DNA of 64,000 nucleotides from Anaeramoeba ignava BMAN (GCA_028826165.1 JAPDFW010000112.1:62001-126000), one strand, 5' to 3'; numbered from the stretch's first letter, positions 40,520-53,340 are shown. Notes: generated by a model not told the origin, from the sequence alone. Translations and numbers: made by a program.

Positions 40520-40767
40520 ATTGATTTTTTTTTCCATTTACAAGAAATTTACAAAAAATTTACAAAAATTTACAAAAATTAGACAATTTAATAATATTAA
40601 TATTAATAATATTATTTTTATTATTTTTATTATTTTTATTTTTTGGAATTGTAATTTTTATTTCCAAATAAAATTTTCCAATTTAAAAAAAATTTTTTTA
40701 AAAAATAAAAAATTCATTTTTTTTCTTTTTTTATTTTCATTTTCAAATTATTTCTTTTTAATAAAAA

Positions 40768-43463
40768 ATGTCAGTTAGGTTTGAAACAGTTGAAACAGAA
40801 ACAGGAATTTGGGAGAAAATTCTTAATGAAGTTAGAGCAAGAAAAACCAAAACATTAGATACAACAACTTTAGTTGTTTTAGGTTAATAATTTATTTTTA
40901 TTTTTTTATTAAAAAAATTTAAAATTAAAATTTAAATTAAAAATAAAAAAGGCAAAAAAAGTTCAGGAAAATCAACATTTTTATCTAGATTTTGTGAAAG
41001 AGATAAAAATGAATTTAGAGAAGGAATTGCATTAGATTATTCTTATCTTGAAGTTCGTTCAAATGAAGATGATATTGAAGGTATTTATTTTTAATAAATC
41101 AAAAAATTAAAACAAATTAAAATTAAAATTAAAATTAAAATTAAAATTAAAATTAAAATTAAAATTAAAATTAAAATTAAAATTAAAATTAAAAATCAAT
41201 TTAAAAATTAATTTAAATTTTTCATTTTTAATTTAAAATCAAGATGTTGTTTCAAGAACTGATATTTGGCAATTAGAAAATGGAGAAGTTCATAAAGATC
41301 TTTTACAATTTTCAATTACACCAAATACAGCAAAAAATTTAGTTGTTGTAATTATGCTTGATTTAAGTGATGTTTGGAATCTTCTTTCAGATCTTGAATA
41401 TTGGTTAAAAATTGTTGAATATGCAATGGGAAAAGTTTTTTCTTATGCAATGAATGAACAAGAAATGAAAAATCGATGTAAAAAATTAAAAATTAAAAAT
41501 TAAAATTAAAATTAAAATTAAAATTCATTTACAAAATTAAAATCAAAATTAAAATTAAAATAAAAATTAAAATTAAAATTAAAATTAAAATTAAAATTAA
41601 TTTATAAAATTAAAATTAAAATCAAAATTAAAATTAAAATTAAAATTAAAATTAAAATTCATTTATAAAATTAAAATTAAAATTCATTTATAAAATTAAA
41701 ATTAAAATTAAAATTAAAATTAAAAATAAAATTAATATTAAAATTAAAAATTAAAAAAAATAAAAAAAATTAAAATTAAAATTAAAATTAAAATTAAAAT
41801 TAAAATTAAAATTAAAATTAAAATTAAAATTAAAATTAAAATTAAAATTAAAATTAAAATTAATATTAAAATTAAAATTAAAATTAAAATTAAAATTAAA
41901 ATTAAAATTAAAATTAAAATTAAAATTAAAATTAAAAATTAAAATTAAAATTAAAATTAAAATTAAAATTAAAATTCATTTATAAAATTAAAATTAAAAT
42001 TAAAATTAAAATTAAAATTAAAATTAAAATTAAAATTAAAATTAAAATTAAAATTAAAATTAAAATTAAAATTCATTTATAAAATTAAAATTAAAATTAA
42101 AATTAAAATTAAAATTAAAATTAAAATTAAAAATTAATATTAAAATTAAAATTAAAATTAAAATTAAAATAAAATTAAGATTAAAATTAAAATTAATATT
42201 AAAATTAAAATTAAAATTAAAATTAAAATTAAAATTAAAATTAAAATTAAAATTAAAATTAAAATTAAAATTAAAATTAAAATTAAATTAAAATTAAAAT
42301 TAAAATTAAAATTAAAATTTAAATCAAAATTAAAATTAAAATTCATTTATAAAAATTTAAGTGGTTTCATTATGGAAAAGTTATAAAGAACCTGATGGAG
42401 AAAAAAAATCTTTCTCAACTCCAAAAACTATTATTCAACCAAAATTATCAAAATTATCAAAAGAAACAATAATTGAACTTCCAAAAGATGTTTTAATACA
42501 TAATTTGGGAATTCCAATTATTGTTGCTTGTTCTAAATCTGATATGATATCAGATTATGAAAGAAAGTATCGATTTACAGATTCAATTTGGTCATATGTT
42601 CAAGCAAAAATAAGAAGAATGTGTCTTAATTGTAAAAAAAAAATAATAAAGAAAGAAAAAATAGATTGAAAAATAAATATTTAAAAATAAATATTTTATT
42701 AATTAAAGATGGAGCTGGTTTAGTTTATATTTCAGGAAAAGAAGATTACAATTTATCTATTTTTAAGGATTATATTCTTCATTTATTATATGGATTTGAA
42801 TTTAATTATAAAGCCCAAATTATTGAAAGAGAAAGAATTTTTATTCCAATCGGTTGGGATTCTGATGCTAAAATTAAATTATTAACAATGAATACAAATG
42901 AATTAAATGAAAGCACACCTTATAATGAAGCAATTCCAAATACAAAACCAAAAGAAGTAAAAATTGAATAAGCAAAAAAAAAAGTTCCGAATTCCAAATT
43001 AAAAAAAAAATTTTTTTCACCTTTTTTTTTTCTTTCTTATTTTATAAAGAAAACTGAAGAACAAACTTCAGAAGTTGTTTGTCTTGATGATCAAGAGTTT
43101 TTAAAAGTTATGTCAGAAGAATTAACAACAACAACTTCTTCACCAACTTCACCATTTAAACCAATCTCAAAAACACCTATTAAACCAATTTTGAAAAGTT
43201 CTCATCTTACTTCTAAAATGTATACAACTCCAAAAAAAACTACTTTATCTCAGACTTCTTTTGATTCAACTGATGTCACAAAACAACTTCAAGAAAGACT
43301 TAAAAGTTCAACAAAAAAAAGAGATTCAAGACATTCAAACAGATCATCAAGAACTGATACTTTTAATCAATTCTTTCAAGATGTTTTATCTGATAAGAAA
43401 AAAGGAAGAGATGAAATTCGTAAAAATGTTGAAAAGGAATTAAATCGATTCAAAAACAATTAA
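40768..43463 (+). CDS. DYNC1LI: Cytoplasmic dynein 1 light intermediate chain
   Basis: ATG 40768; five in-phase introns 40883-40951, 41081-41243, 41478-42361, 42632-42708, 42957-43049. P-loop VLGKKSSGKST, LDYSYL, HNLGIPIIVACSKSD, RRMCLNYGAGL, IFIPIGWDS, DDQEFL, C-terminal QFFQDVL. Confidence 0.92.
41485..42355 (+). repeat. (TTAAAA)n array in DLIC intron 3
   Basis: About 870 bp hexamer array with repeated ATTCATTTATAAA interruptions. Confidence 0.95.
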
Positions 43464-43545
43464 AAATCAAAAAATCAAAAAATCAAAAAATCAATTCAAA
43501 AAATCAATTCCATTTTTTTTAATTCAAATTTCTTATTAAAAAATT

Positions 43546-45444
43546 TTACCAAAACCAACTTGATTTTTTCTTTTTTTCTTTTAATTGAGAAACTTTTTTC
43601 TTTTCTTCTTCTGTAAATTTTAAAACTGTTAAAATAACATTGAATAAATGTTGATTTTCTTCTTGGTTTTCAAAATATTTCAATAAAACATTTTTTAAAT
43701 AAACTAAATCATCATTTTGTTGATAATTTGATTTTTTCTTTTTTGATTTTTTTTGTTTTAAATTTGGATTTGAAATTTGATTTGAATTTTGATTTTGAAT
43801 AATTTTGGAATTTTTATCAAATACAATTTTTTTGTTTTTTGGATTAAATGAAGAATTTTCTTGATTTGAATATTTCATTTTAGAAATTTGATTTGTTAGT
43901 TCAATATTTTTTTGAGTTAATTGATTAACAGCAATTTGATAATCATTGATTCTTTTTGTTAATTTTGAAATTTCAGAATTTTGAGAAATATTTGGAACAA
44001 TTTTATCATTTATAATTTCTTGATTTTGATTTGAATTTTTTGGGAATTTTTTAAGTTTTTCTCTGAGTTTTTTAATTTTTGCATTTTTTGATTCCAAATC
44101 ATTTTCAAGATCAATTATTCTTTCATTTTGTTCATCAAGTTGTTGTAATAAATATTCAGTTTCTTTTTTGATTTCTTCTTCAAGTGATTTTTTATTGAAT
44201 TCTTGAGATATTTTTGAAATTTTTTCTTTTTTTTTAAGAAGTTTTTCTTTTAAATGTTCGATTTCTTGAGACATATTATAATTTTGTTCAACAAAAGAAT
44301 CAAAATTTTCTTGTTGTTTTTCAATTTCTTCATTTTTTTCTTGAATTTGTTGTTTTAAATTTTTATTTTCTTTAAAAGTTTTTTCTAAAGTTTTTTTGAT
44401 TTGAGAAGATTTTTGGTTATCAATTAATAATTTAGATTTTTCTTCTTGGAGTTTTTGGATTTTTTGTTTAAGGTTTTTGTTTTCATTTTCTAATGAATTT
44501 TTAATTGAATTTTTTGAATTTTTTGAATTTTGATTTAAATTTTTAATTGATTTATTATCAATTTCATTATCAATTTCATTATCAATTTCATTATTATTGT
44601 TAATTTCATTTTCAATTTCATTATCAATTTCATTATCAATTTTATTATCATTTTCATTATCATTTTCATTATCATTTTCATTATCATTTTCATTATCATT
44701 TTCATTATCATTTTCATTATCACTTTGATTATCAATTTTATTATCAATTTCATTATTAATTTTATTATCAATTTTATTATTAATTTTATTATCAATTTTA
44801 TTATCAATTTCATTATCAATTTTATTATCATTTTCATTATCATTTTCATTATTAATTTTATTATCAATTTTATTATTAATTTTATTATCAATTTTATTAT
44901 CATTTTCATTATCATTTTCATTATCATTTTCATTATCAATTTCATTGTCAATTTTATTATCATTTTTATTATCAATTTTATTATCAATTTCATTATTAAT
45001 TTTATTATCATTTATTTCATTATTATTATCATTTTCATTATCAATTTTATTATCAATTTCATTATCAATTTTATTATCAATTTCATTATTATTATCATTT
45101 TCATTATCAATTTTATTATCAATTTTATTATCAATTTTATTATCAATTTCATTATTAATTTTATTATCAATTTTATTATTAATTTTATTATCATTTATTT
45201 CATTATTATTATCAATTTCATTATCAATTTTATTATCATTTTCATTATCATTTTCATTATCACTTTGATTATCATTTTCATTATCAATTTTATTATCAAT
45301 TTCATTATCAATTTTATTATCAATTTCATTATTAATTTTATTATCATTTATTTCATTATTATTTTTATTATCAATTTGATTATCAATTTCATTATCAATA
45401 ACGCTTGATTTATCACTTGATTTCGTTTGTTTTTCTTTTTCCAT
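43546..45444 (-). CDS. GRIP-domain coiled-coil golgin with N-terminal (DNKI/DNEI/DNEN) repeat
   Basis: C-terminal GRIP VYLKNVLLKYF...LFNVILTVLKFTEEE..., terminal SSWFW, long coiled coil. Confidence 0.85.
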   Translation of the reverse strand: MEKEKQTKSSDKSSVIDNEIDNQIDNKNNNEINDNKINNEIDNKIDNEIDNKIDNENDNQSDNENDNENDNKIDNEIDNNNEINDNKINNKIDNKINNEIDNKIDNKIDNKIDNENDNNNEIDNKIDNEIDNKIDNENDNNNEINDNKINNEIDNKIDNKNDNKIDNEIDNENDNENDNENDNKIDNKINNKIDNKINNENDNENDNKIDNEIDNKIDNKINNKIDNKINNEIDNKIDNQSDNENDNENDNENDNENDNENDNENDNKIDNEIDNEIENEINNNNEIDNEIDNEIDNKSIKNLNQNSKNSKNSIKNSLENENKNLKQKIQKLQEEKSKLLIDNQKSSQIKKTLEKTFKENKNLKQQIQEKNEEIEKQQENFDSFVEQNYNMSQEIEHLKEKLLKKKEKISKISQEFNKKSLEEEIKKETEYLLQQLDEQNERIIDLENDLESKNAKIKKLREKLKKFPKNSNQNQEIINDKIVPNISQNSEISKLTKRINDYQIAVNQLTQKNIELTNQISKMKYSNQENSSFNPKNKKIVFDKNSKIIQNQNSNQISNPNLKQKKSKKKKSNYQQNDDLVYLKNVLLKYFENQEENQHLFNVILTVLKFTEEEKKKVSQLKEKKKKSSWFW

Positions 45445-45612
45445 TTAATTTTGTTTGTTTAATTTTAATTTAAATTTGATTTTTTTTTATTTTTAATTTT
45501 GAAAAAAAAAAATGAAAATAAATTTTTTTTTAATTTTTTTTCATTTTTTTCATTTTTTTCATTTTTTTCATTTTTTTCATTTTTATTTTTAAATTCTTTT
45601 AAATAAAAAAAA
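45445..45612. promoter_or_regulatory. Compact bidirectional promoter (golgin / CNOT10) with 5 tandem TCAT(T)n motifs
   Basis: 168 bp between divergent ATGs; TGAAAA at about 45513; TCA(T)n x5 at 45541-45584. Confidence 0.65.
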
Positions 45613-47799
45613 ATGAGCAATAACAGAAATACAAAAACAAAAGAAACAAATCGGAATCAAAACAAAAAACAACCACAAACAAAAAGAACACAAAACACAA
45701 ACGAAAAAAAAGAAAATACACAAGTATTAAATCCAATCAAATGGCAATATAAAGAAGCAATAGAAAAATTTCAAGTGAAAAATTATGAAGAATCAGAAAA
45801 ATTATTTGAAGAAATTTTTGACAAAATACCTCCTGAATATCCAGAACTTCAATTTGAAGTTTCTATGAAATTGTTGAAAATTTATATTAAACAAAACAAA
45901 ATTGATGTTGCTGCTCAAGTTATTTATTATTTGAAAAATAATCTAGATAGAGAATTAATTAAAGAAAAAGGAAAATTATTACAAAATCAAGAAAAAAGAA
46001 AATCTTTCAATATTTTATCAATCCAGCAAATGAAATCTGTTTTAATTGATTTGGAAAAACAGTTTAAATTTCTAAATGCAGAGTTTTGTTTGGCAAAAAA
46101 AGATTTTCAAATTGTGGAATCAACAATTAATAAAATGAACTCAGAAATGAAATCAAAAGAAAAGAAAGTTAATAATGGAAAAGATTTGAAAAACAACTCA
46201 AGCCAAAGTTCTCCAAAAATACAAGCTGAAAATCAAAATGGAAATCAAAATGGAAATCAAGAAATTATAAATGATAAAATTTCAATCGATTTATTGAATA
46301 TCAAAATGGAATTCCAAAAAAATAATTTAACTCAAGCAAACTCACTCAATTTATCTTTCCATAATCAGCACAAAGAAAATACGCATTTGAATTTGATATA
46401 TGATAATACTGCTGGTGCAATTTCTTTAAAAAACAAAAAACCAGGAATAGCACTATTTCATTTTAAAAGAGCTTTGGTTGAAAATGGGAATTTAATGAAA
46501 ATTCAAAAGCAAAAATTAAATGAGTTAAATCAAAATGGAAATTATCAAACAAAAATTGAAACGCAAGCAAATATTAATCATTTGAAAATAATGCAGCATA
46601 AAATCTATTACAATATCGGTCTTGCAATGCTATTCCAAAAATCACCTGTTCAAGCATTTAGAGCCTTTTATAAATCTCTTCCACTTTTTTATAATAAACC
46701 AAGAATTTGGTTGAGACTTGCAGAATGTTGTATTCATAACATTTCATTGATTGAAAAACAAGAAGAACTTCAGGATAATCAATCAAATATCCGCGCAATT
46801 ATTGGGAAAGGGAAAAATCAACGAATCCTTGTTAAAACAGATTATAATATCCAGAACCAAAGCTTAAGAATAAAAAGAATGCTTCAAAAACATTCAATAA
46901 AATTGCAAAATGAAAAAAAATCAAAAGAATCCAAAAATAAATCAAAACAAATACAACAAGAAAAAGAAGATAAAGATGAAGAAGAAGAAATGTCACTTGA
47001 ATCTGCAAGAAGATATTGCCAAAACGCAATACATTTATCACTACAAATTAAATCACACCTTGAAGCATTGGAACAAAATAATCCAAATATTTCAAAAGAA
47101 TATAATTTGTTTATAAAAAGAAATCGAGGAGAAAAATCAAACGATGATTTAAAATGGAGAGAATCAACACTTGATTCAATAAATTTTGATTTGGGAAAAG
47201 CTTATTTATTACTCGCATACATTTATCTGTGTCAAGATAATATGTTCTCAGCATACAGAAGCCTCGTTCATTTTTTTCAAATGGAAATTCCTGATACAGT
47301 CAATCATTTCTTATCTAATATTTATCTTTCCAAAATATTTTGCTTAATAAACAATCAACAATCTGCACTTGAACATCTCAAGAAAAGTTTTGAATTGAGA
47401 GAATCAGTTTTGCAACTTAATATCCAAAAATTCGAAAATCAAATTGTTATTCGTGAAGACTATGATTCAAGTCGTATTTTCCAACTTAATGATCTTGTTT
47501 CTCCTTTTGGCAGTTCTATTATTTATATAAATTTAGCTTGTGTTTTCATTATGAATAAGAATTTAGATGAAGCTGAAAAATGGATTAGTGTTGTTTTTGA
47601 AAATGATCCTACTAATAAAATTGCTTTACTTTCTTTAGTTTATATTTACATTGCAAAAGGAAATTTTGAAATTGCTAGACAAATTTTGAAAAATGATTTT
47701 ATTATTCCAACAAAATTAGAAATTGAAGATGAAAATCCAAATGAAAATCCAAATCAAAATCAAAATCAAAATCAAAATCAAAATCAAAATCAAAATTAA
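45613..47799 (+). CDS. CNOT10: CCR4-NOT complex subunit 10 (TPR protein)
   Basis: IYYNIGLAMLF..P.QAF.AF...L......PRIWLRLAECCI, MSLESARRYCQNA, YINLAC; intronless 728 aa. Confidence 0.88.
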   Translation: MSNNRNTKTKETNRNQNKKQPQTKRTQNTNEKKENTQVLNPIKWQYKEAIEKFQVKNYEESEKLFEEIFDKIPPEYPELQFEVSMKLLKIYIKQNKIDVAAQVIYYLKNNLDRELIKEKGKLLQNQEKRKSFNILSIQQMKSVLIDLEKQFKFLNAEFCLAKKDFQIVESTINKMNSEMKSKEKKVNNGKDLKNNSSQSSPKIQAENQNGNQNGNQEIINDKISIDLLNIKMEFQKNNLTQANSLNLSFHNQHKENTHLNLIYDNTAGAISLKNKKPGIALFHFKRALVENGNLMKIQKQKLNELNQNGNYQTKIETQANINHLKIMQHKIYYNIGLAMLFQKSPVQAFRAFYKSLPLFYNKPRIWLRLAECCIHNISLIEKQEELQDNQSNIRAIIGKGKNQRILVKTDYNIQNQSLRIKRMLQKHSIKLQNEKKSKESKNKSKQIQQEKEDKDEEEEMSLESARRYCQNAIHLSLQIKSHLEALEQNNPNISKEYNLFIKRNRGEKSNDDLKWRESTLDSINFDLGKAYLLLAYIYLCQDNMFSAYRSLVHFFQMEIPDTVNHFLSNIYLSKIFCLINNQQSALEHLKKSFELRESVLQLNIQKFENQIVIREDYDSSRIFQLNDLVSPFGSSIIYINLACVFIMNKNLDEAEKWISVVFENDPTNKIALLSLVYIYIAKGNFEIARQILKNDFIIPTKLEIEDENPNENPNQNQNQNQNQNQNQN

Positions 47800-48077
47800 A
47801 ATTTAAATCATTTTTTGCTTTTTTTTTCTCTTTCAAATAAATTTCTTTTTTTACTTTAAAAACCCAAAAAATAAAAAGAACAATTAAAAAAATTTTTTTT
47901 TACTTTTCGGAACAATTAAAAAAATTAAAAAAATTTTTTACTTTTTTTTTCTTATTCAAGAACATTCATTTAGGAAAATTAAGATAATTGATTCAATTCA
48001 ATAATCAAAAGAAAAAAACATTCAAAAAAAAAAAAAAACAATTAAGAAAGAAAAAAAAGAATTAAAAAAAGAATTGG

Positions 48078-51000
48078 TTATTTTAGTTTTTTTTCTACAT
48101 CTTGATCACCAAAAAAGCTGAAATCTTTAAATAAATTATTTTCTACTCTTCCCATAACACTAACTTCAATAACTGAATTTGAAAGATCTTCTTGAGTAAA
48201 ACCTTCATCAAAATTAGATACATCAGAAATTTCATCTACTTGTGGTTTAAAAACAGGTTCAGTTTCTCTTCGATAAACTTTATCCCAATCAAAAACAGAA
48301 AAGAAAGAATGTTTTTTTATTTCTGCAATTTTGATTCTTTTTGAAGGATCTCTTTGAAGAAGCTTTTTTTTAAGAAAAGAAATCAAAACAATCAAAAAAG
48401 AAAAACGGAAAAAAATATTAATTTTAATTTTAATTTTAATTTTAATTTTAATTTTAATTTTAATTTTAATTTTAATTTTAATTTTAATTTCAAAAATGAA
48501 TTTTAATTTCAAAAATGAATTTTAATTTTAATATTAATTTTAATATTAATTTTAATTTTAATTTTAATTTTAATTTTAATTTTAATTTTAATTTTAATTT
48601 TAATTTTAATTTCAAAAATGAATTTTAATTTTAATATTAATTTTAATATTAATTTTAATTTTAATTTTAATTTTAATTACTTTGCTAATTAAATCACGTG
48701 CATCTTGTGGTACTTGTTGTGGAAATTTTAATGGAGCTTTTAAAACTTTTTGAAAAAGAAGATTTGTATTTTCTGAAAAAAAAGGAGGAACTCCAACAAA
48801 CATTTCATAAAGTAAAATCCCTAAACTCCACCAATCAGCAGATTTACCATATCCTGTTTCAAGAATAATTTCTGGTGCTATTTTTAATTTTAATTTTAAT
48901 TTTAATTTTAATATTAATTTTAATTTTAATTTTAATTTTAATTTTAATTTTAATTTTAATATTAATTTTAATTTTAAATTTTAATTTTAATTTTAATTTT
49001 GATTTTAATTTTAATTTTAATTTTAATTTTATAAATGAATTTTAATTTTAATTTTAATTTTCAATTTTAATATTAATTTTAATTTTAATTATTTTAATTT
49101 TAATTTTAATTTTATAAATAAATTTAATTTTAATTTTAATTTAAATTTTAGAAATAATATACCCATATATTCAGGAGTTCCACATAAAGTTTTTGTTCCT
49201 TTTGCTTTATCAGTAACATTTAATTTAACTAAACCAAAATCAGTAATTTTTAAATGACCATCACTTAATAAAAGAACATTTTCCAATTTTAAATCACGGT
49301 AAATAATATCCATTTTATGAAGATAATCAAGACCAAGAACAAGCTCAGCAGCATATAAACGAACTTGTTCAAGAGAAAATTTACCAAATTTTCTTAAATG
49401 ATGAAATAAATCTCCTCCATTTGCATAATCAAGAACCATATATAATCTTTCTTCATCTTGAAACGAGTATTTTAAAGAAATTAAAAAAGGATGTTTTGCT
49501 TTCATTAAAACTTCTCTTTCTGCCATTGTTTGTTCAATTTGTCGAACATCTAATACTTTTCCTTTTTGTAATGATTTCATTGCAAATAATTCATGTGTAT
49601 CATTTTTTTCAACAAGAGTTACCTTTTTTATTTTATATATTAAATACAAAATATAAAATATTCAATTTAAAATTTAAAATATAAAATATAAAATATAAAA
49701 TATAAAATATAAAATATAAAATATTCAATTTAAAATATAAAATATATAATATATAATATAAAATATAAAATATTAAATATTCAATATAAAATATAAAATA
49801 TAAAATATAAAATATAAAATATAAAATATTAAATATAAAATATAAAATATATAAAATATAAAATATTCAATTTAAAAATTTAAAATATAAAATACAATAT
49901 AAAATATAAAAATATAAAATATAAAATATTAAATATTCAATTTTAAAATATAAAATATAAAATATAAAATATTCAATTTAAAAAAATATAAAATATTCAA
50001 TATTAAAATATTAAATATAAAATATAAAATATAAAATAAAAAATATAAAAAATATAAAAAATATAAATATAAAATATAAAATATAAAATATAAAATATTA
50101 AATATAAAATATTCAATATAAAATATTCAATATAAAATATTCAATATAAAATATTAAATATAAAATATTCAATTTAAAATATAAAATATAAAATATTAAA
50201 TATTCAATTTAAAATATTCAATATAAAATATAAAATATAAAATATTCAATTTAAAATATAAAATATAAAATATAAAATATAAAATATAAAATATAAAATA
50301 TAAAATATAAAATATAAAATATTAAATATAAAATATAAAATATAAAATATAAAATATAAAATATAAAGTATAAAATATTCAATATAAAATATAAGAATAT
50401 TTACTTTTCCATATGAACCTCTTCCAATAACACTTATAACTTTAAAATCTTTCAAAGTTAAATTATCTCTTTGTTCAGAATCAATAACTGATTGAATTAT
50501 TGCAATCCAACCATCCCTTTCTTGTTCTGAAGGGGCTGAAATTAAATATATTCTTTGACCTGGTATATCAACTTCAAAACAGTTTTTTTTCTTGATTTTT
50601 TTTTGTGTACTAATATATACTTTAGATCTTTTTGTTATTGGTAATATTCCAAGAGGAGTATGACTCTTTTCATTTTCAATTAATAATTTTATTAATAAAT
50701 TAATAAATAAATTGATAAATAAATTGATAAATAAATTAATAAATAAATTGATAAATAAATTAATAAATAAATTGATAAATAAATTGATAAATAAATTGAT
50801 AAATAAATTAATAAATAAATTGATAAATAAATAAATTGATAAATAAATAAATTGATTAATAAATAAATTGATAAATAAATAAATTGATAAATAAATTGAT
50901 AAATAAATTGATTAATAAATAAATTGATAAATAAATAAATTGATAAATAAATAAATTGATAAATAAATAAATTGATTAATAAATTGATAAATAAATTGAT

Positions 51001-53340
51001 AAATAAATTAATAAATAAATTGATAGATAAATTAATAAATAAATAAATTGATAAATAAATTGATAAATAAATTGATAAATAAATAAATTGATAAATAAAT
51101 TAATAAATAAATTAATAAATAAATTAATAAATAAATTAATAAATAAATTAATAAATAAATTAATAAATAAATTAATAAATAAATTAATAAATAAATTAAT
51201 AAATAAATTAATAAATAAATTGATAAATAAATTGATAAATAAATTGATAAAATAAATTAATAAATAAATTGATAAATAAATAAATTGATTAATAAATAAA
51301 TTGATAAATAAATTGATAAATAAATTGATAAATAAATTAATAAATAAATTGATAAATAAATAAATTGATAAATAAATAAATTGACTAATAAATAAATTGA
51401 TAAATAAATTAATAAATAAATTGATAAATAAATTGATAAATAAATTGATAAATAAATTGATAAATAAATTGATAAATAAATTGATAAATAAATTGATAAA
51501 TAAATTGATAAATAAATTGATTGTTAAATTGATAAATAAATTGATAAATAAATTAATAAATAAATTAATAAATAAATTGATAAATAAATTGATTGTTAAA
51601 TTGATAAATAAATTGATAAATAAATTAATAAATAAATTAATAAATAAATTGATAAATAAATTGATAAATAAATTAATAAATAAATTGATAAATAAATTGA
51701 TAAATAAATTGATAAATAAATTAATAAATAAATTGATTAAATTAATTAATAAATTGATTAAATAAATTGATAAATAAATTAATAAATAAATTGATAAATA
51801 AATTGATAAATAAATTGATTAATAAATTGATTAATAAATTGATAAATAAATTGATAAATAAATTGATTAATAAATTGATAAATAAATTGATAAATAAATT
51901 GATAAATAAATTGATTGTTAAATTGATAAATAAATTGATAAATAAATTGATAAATAAATTAATAAATAAATTAATAAATAAATTGATAAATAAATTGATT
52001 ATTTAAATTGATAAATAAATTAATAAATAAATTGATTAATAAATTGATAAATAAATTGATAAATAAATTGATAAATAAATTAATAAATAAATTGATTGTT
52101 AAATTGATAAATAAATTGATAAATAAATTAATAAATAAATTGATAAATAAATTGATTGTTAAATTGATAAATAAATTGATAAATAAATTAATAAATAAAT
52201 TAATAAATAAATTGATTAATAAATTGATAAATAAATTGATAAATAAATTGATAAATAAATTGATAAATAAATTGATAAATAAATTGATAAATAAATTGAT
52301 TAATAAATTGATAAATAAATTAATAAATAAATTAATAAATAAATAAATTGATAAATAAATTGATAAATAAATTAATAAATAAATTAATAAATAAATTGAT
52401 AAACTTGATAAATAAATTAATAAATAAATTAATAAATAAATTGATAAATAAATTAATAAATAAATTAATAAATAAATTGATTGTTAAATTGATAAATAAA
52501 TTGATAAATAAATTAATAAATAAATTGGTAAATAAATTGATAAATAAATTGATAAATAAATTGATAAATAAATTAATAAATAAATTGATTGTTAAATTGA
52601 TAAATAAATTGATAAATAAATTGATAAATAAATTGATAAATAAATTGATTAATAAATTAATAAATAAATTGATTGATAAATTGATAAATAAATTGATAAA
52701 TAAATTGATAAATAAATTAATAAATAAATTGATAAATAAATTAATAAATAAATTGATAAATAAATTGATAAATAAATTGATTAATAAATTGATAAATAAA
52801 TTGATAAATAAATTGATTAATAAATTAATAAATAAATTAATAAATAAATTAATAAATAAATTGATAAATAAATTGATAAATAAATTGATAAATAAATTGA
52901 TAAATAAATTAATAAATAAATTGATTGTTAAATTGTTTTTGAATTGTTTAAAATTGTTTTTGATTTGTTTAAAATTGTTTTAAAATTGTTTTTAAATTGT
53001 TTAAAATTATTTAAAATTGTTTAAAATTGTTTAAAATTGTTTTGATTGTTTTTGAATTGTTTTTGAATTATTTAAAATTATTTAAAATTATTTAGAATTG
53101 TTTTTGAATTGTTTAAAATTATTTTTTGATATAAAAAAAACTTTCAACTCAAAATGATCAATTAAAAAAAAAAATTTTAAAAAGTTTTTTTTTCTTTTTT
53201 CTTTTAAGATTATTTACAGTTTTTCTTTTATAATAATAAATCATTTTAGATTCAAAAACAAACCATCTTTTTTTCCATGTTTTCCATTTTGCTCCTCTTT
53301 TTACAAGAAATCCAGATTTAAGAATTAAAGGTTTATCCAT
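48078..53340 (-). CDS. AKT: PH-domain AGC kinase, Akt/PKB-like
   Basis: PH domain [20 protein letters not shown]...ERDGWI. Kinase [32 protein letters not shown]; hydrophobic motif FKDFSF. Introns 50666-53217, 49623-50404, 48878-49162, 48363-48680, all in phase. Confidence 0.9.
49640..50395. repeat. (AAAATAT)n degenerate heptamer array in Akt intron 2
   Basis: Direct inspection. Confidence 0.92.
50690..52930. repeat. 12-bp satellite (AAATTGATAAAT)n in Akt intron 1
   Basis: About 2.2 kb, G/A variant and TTGATTGTT variant; source of the spurious LINK ORFs. Confidence 0.97.

Noticed and set aside
41485-42355. (TTAAAA)n as interstitial telomeric repeats miscalled from (TTAGGG)n by nanopore basecalling
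   Set aside because: That miscall is known but strand-specific. Here the arrays blend into AT-rich flanks, carry structured interruptions and show no residual TTAGGG units. Not fully excluded without short-read k-mers.
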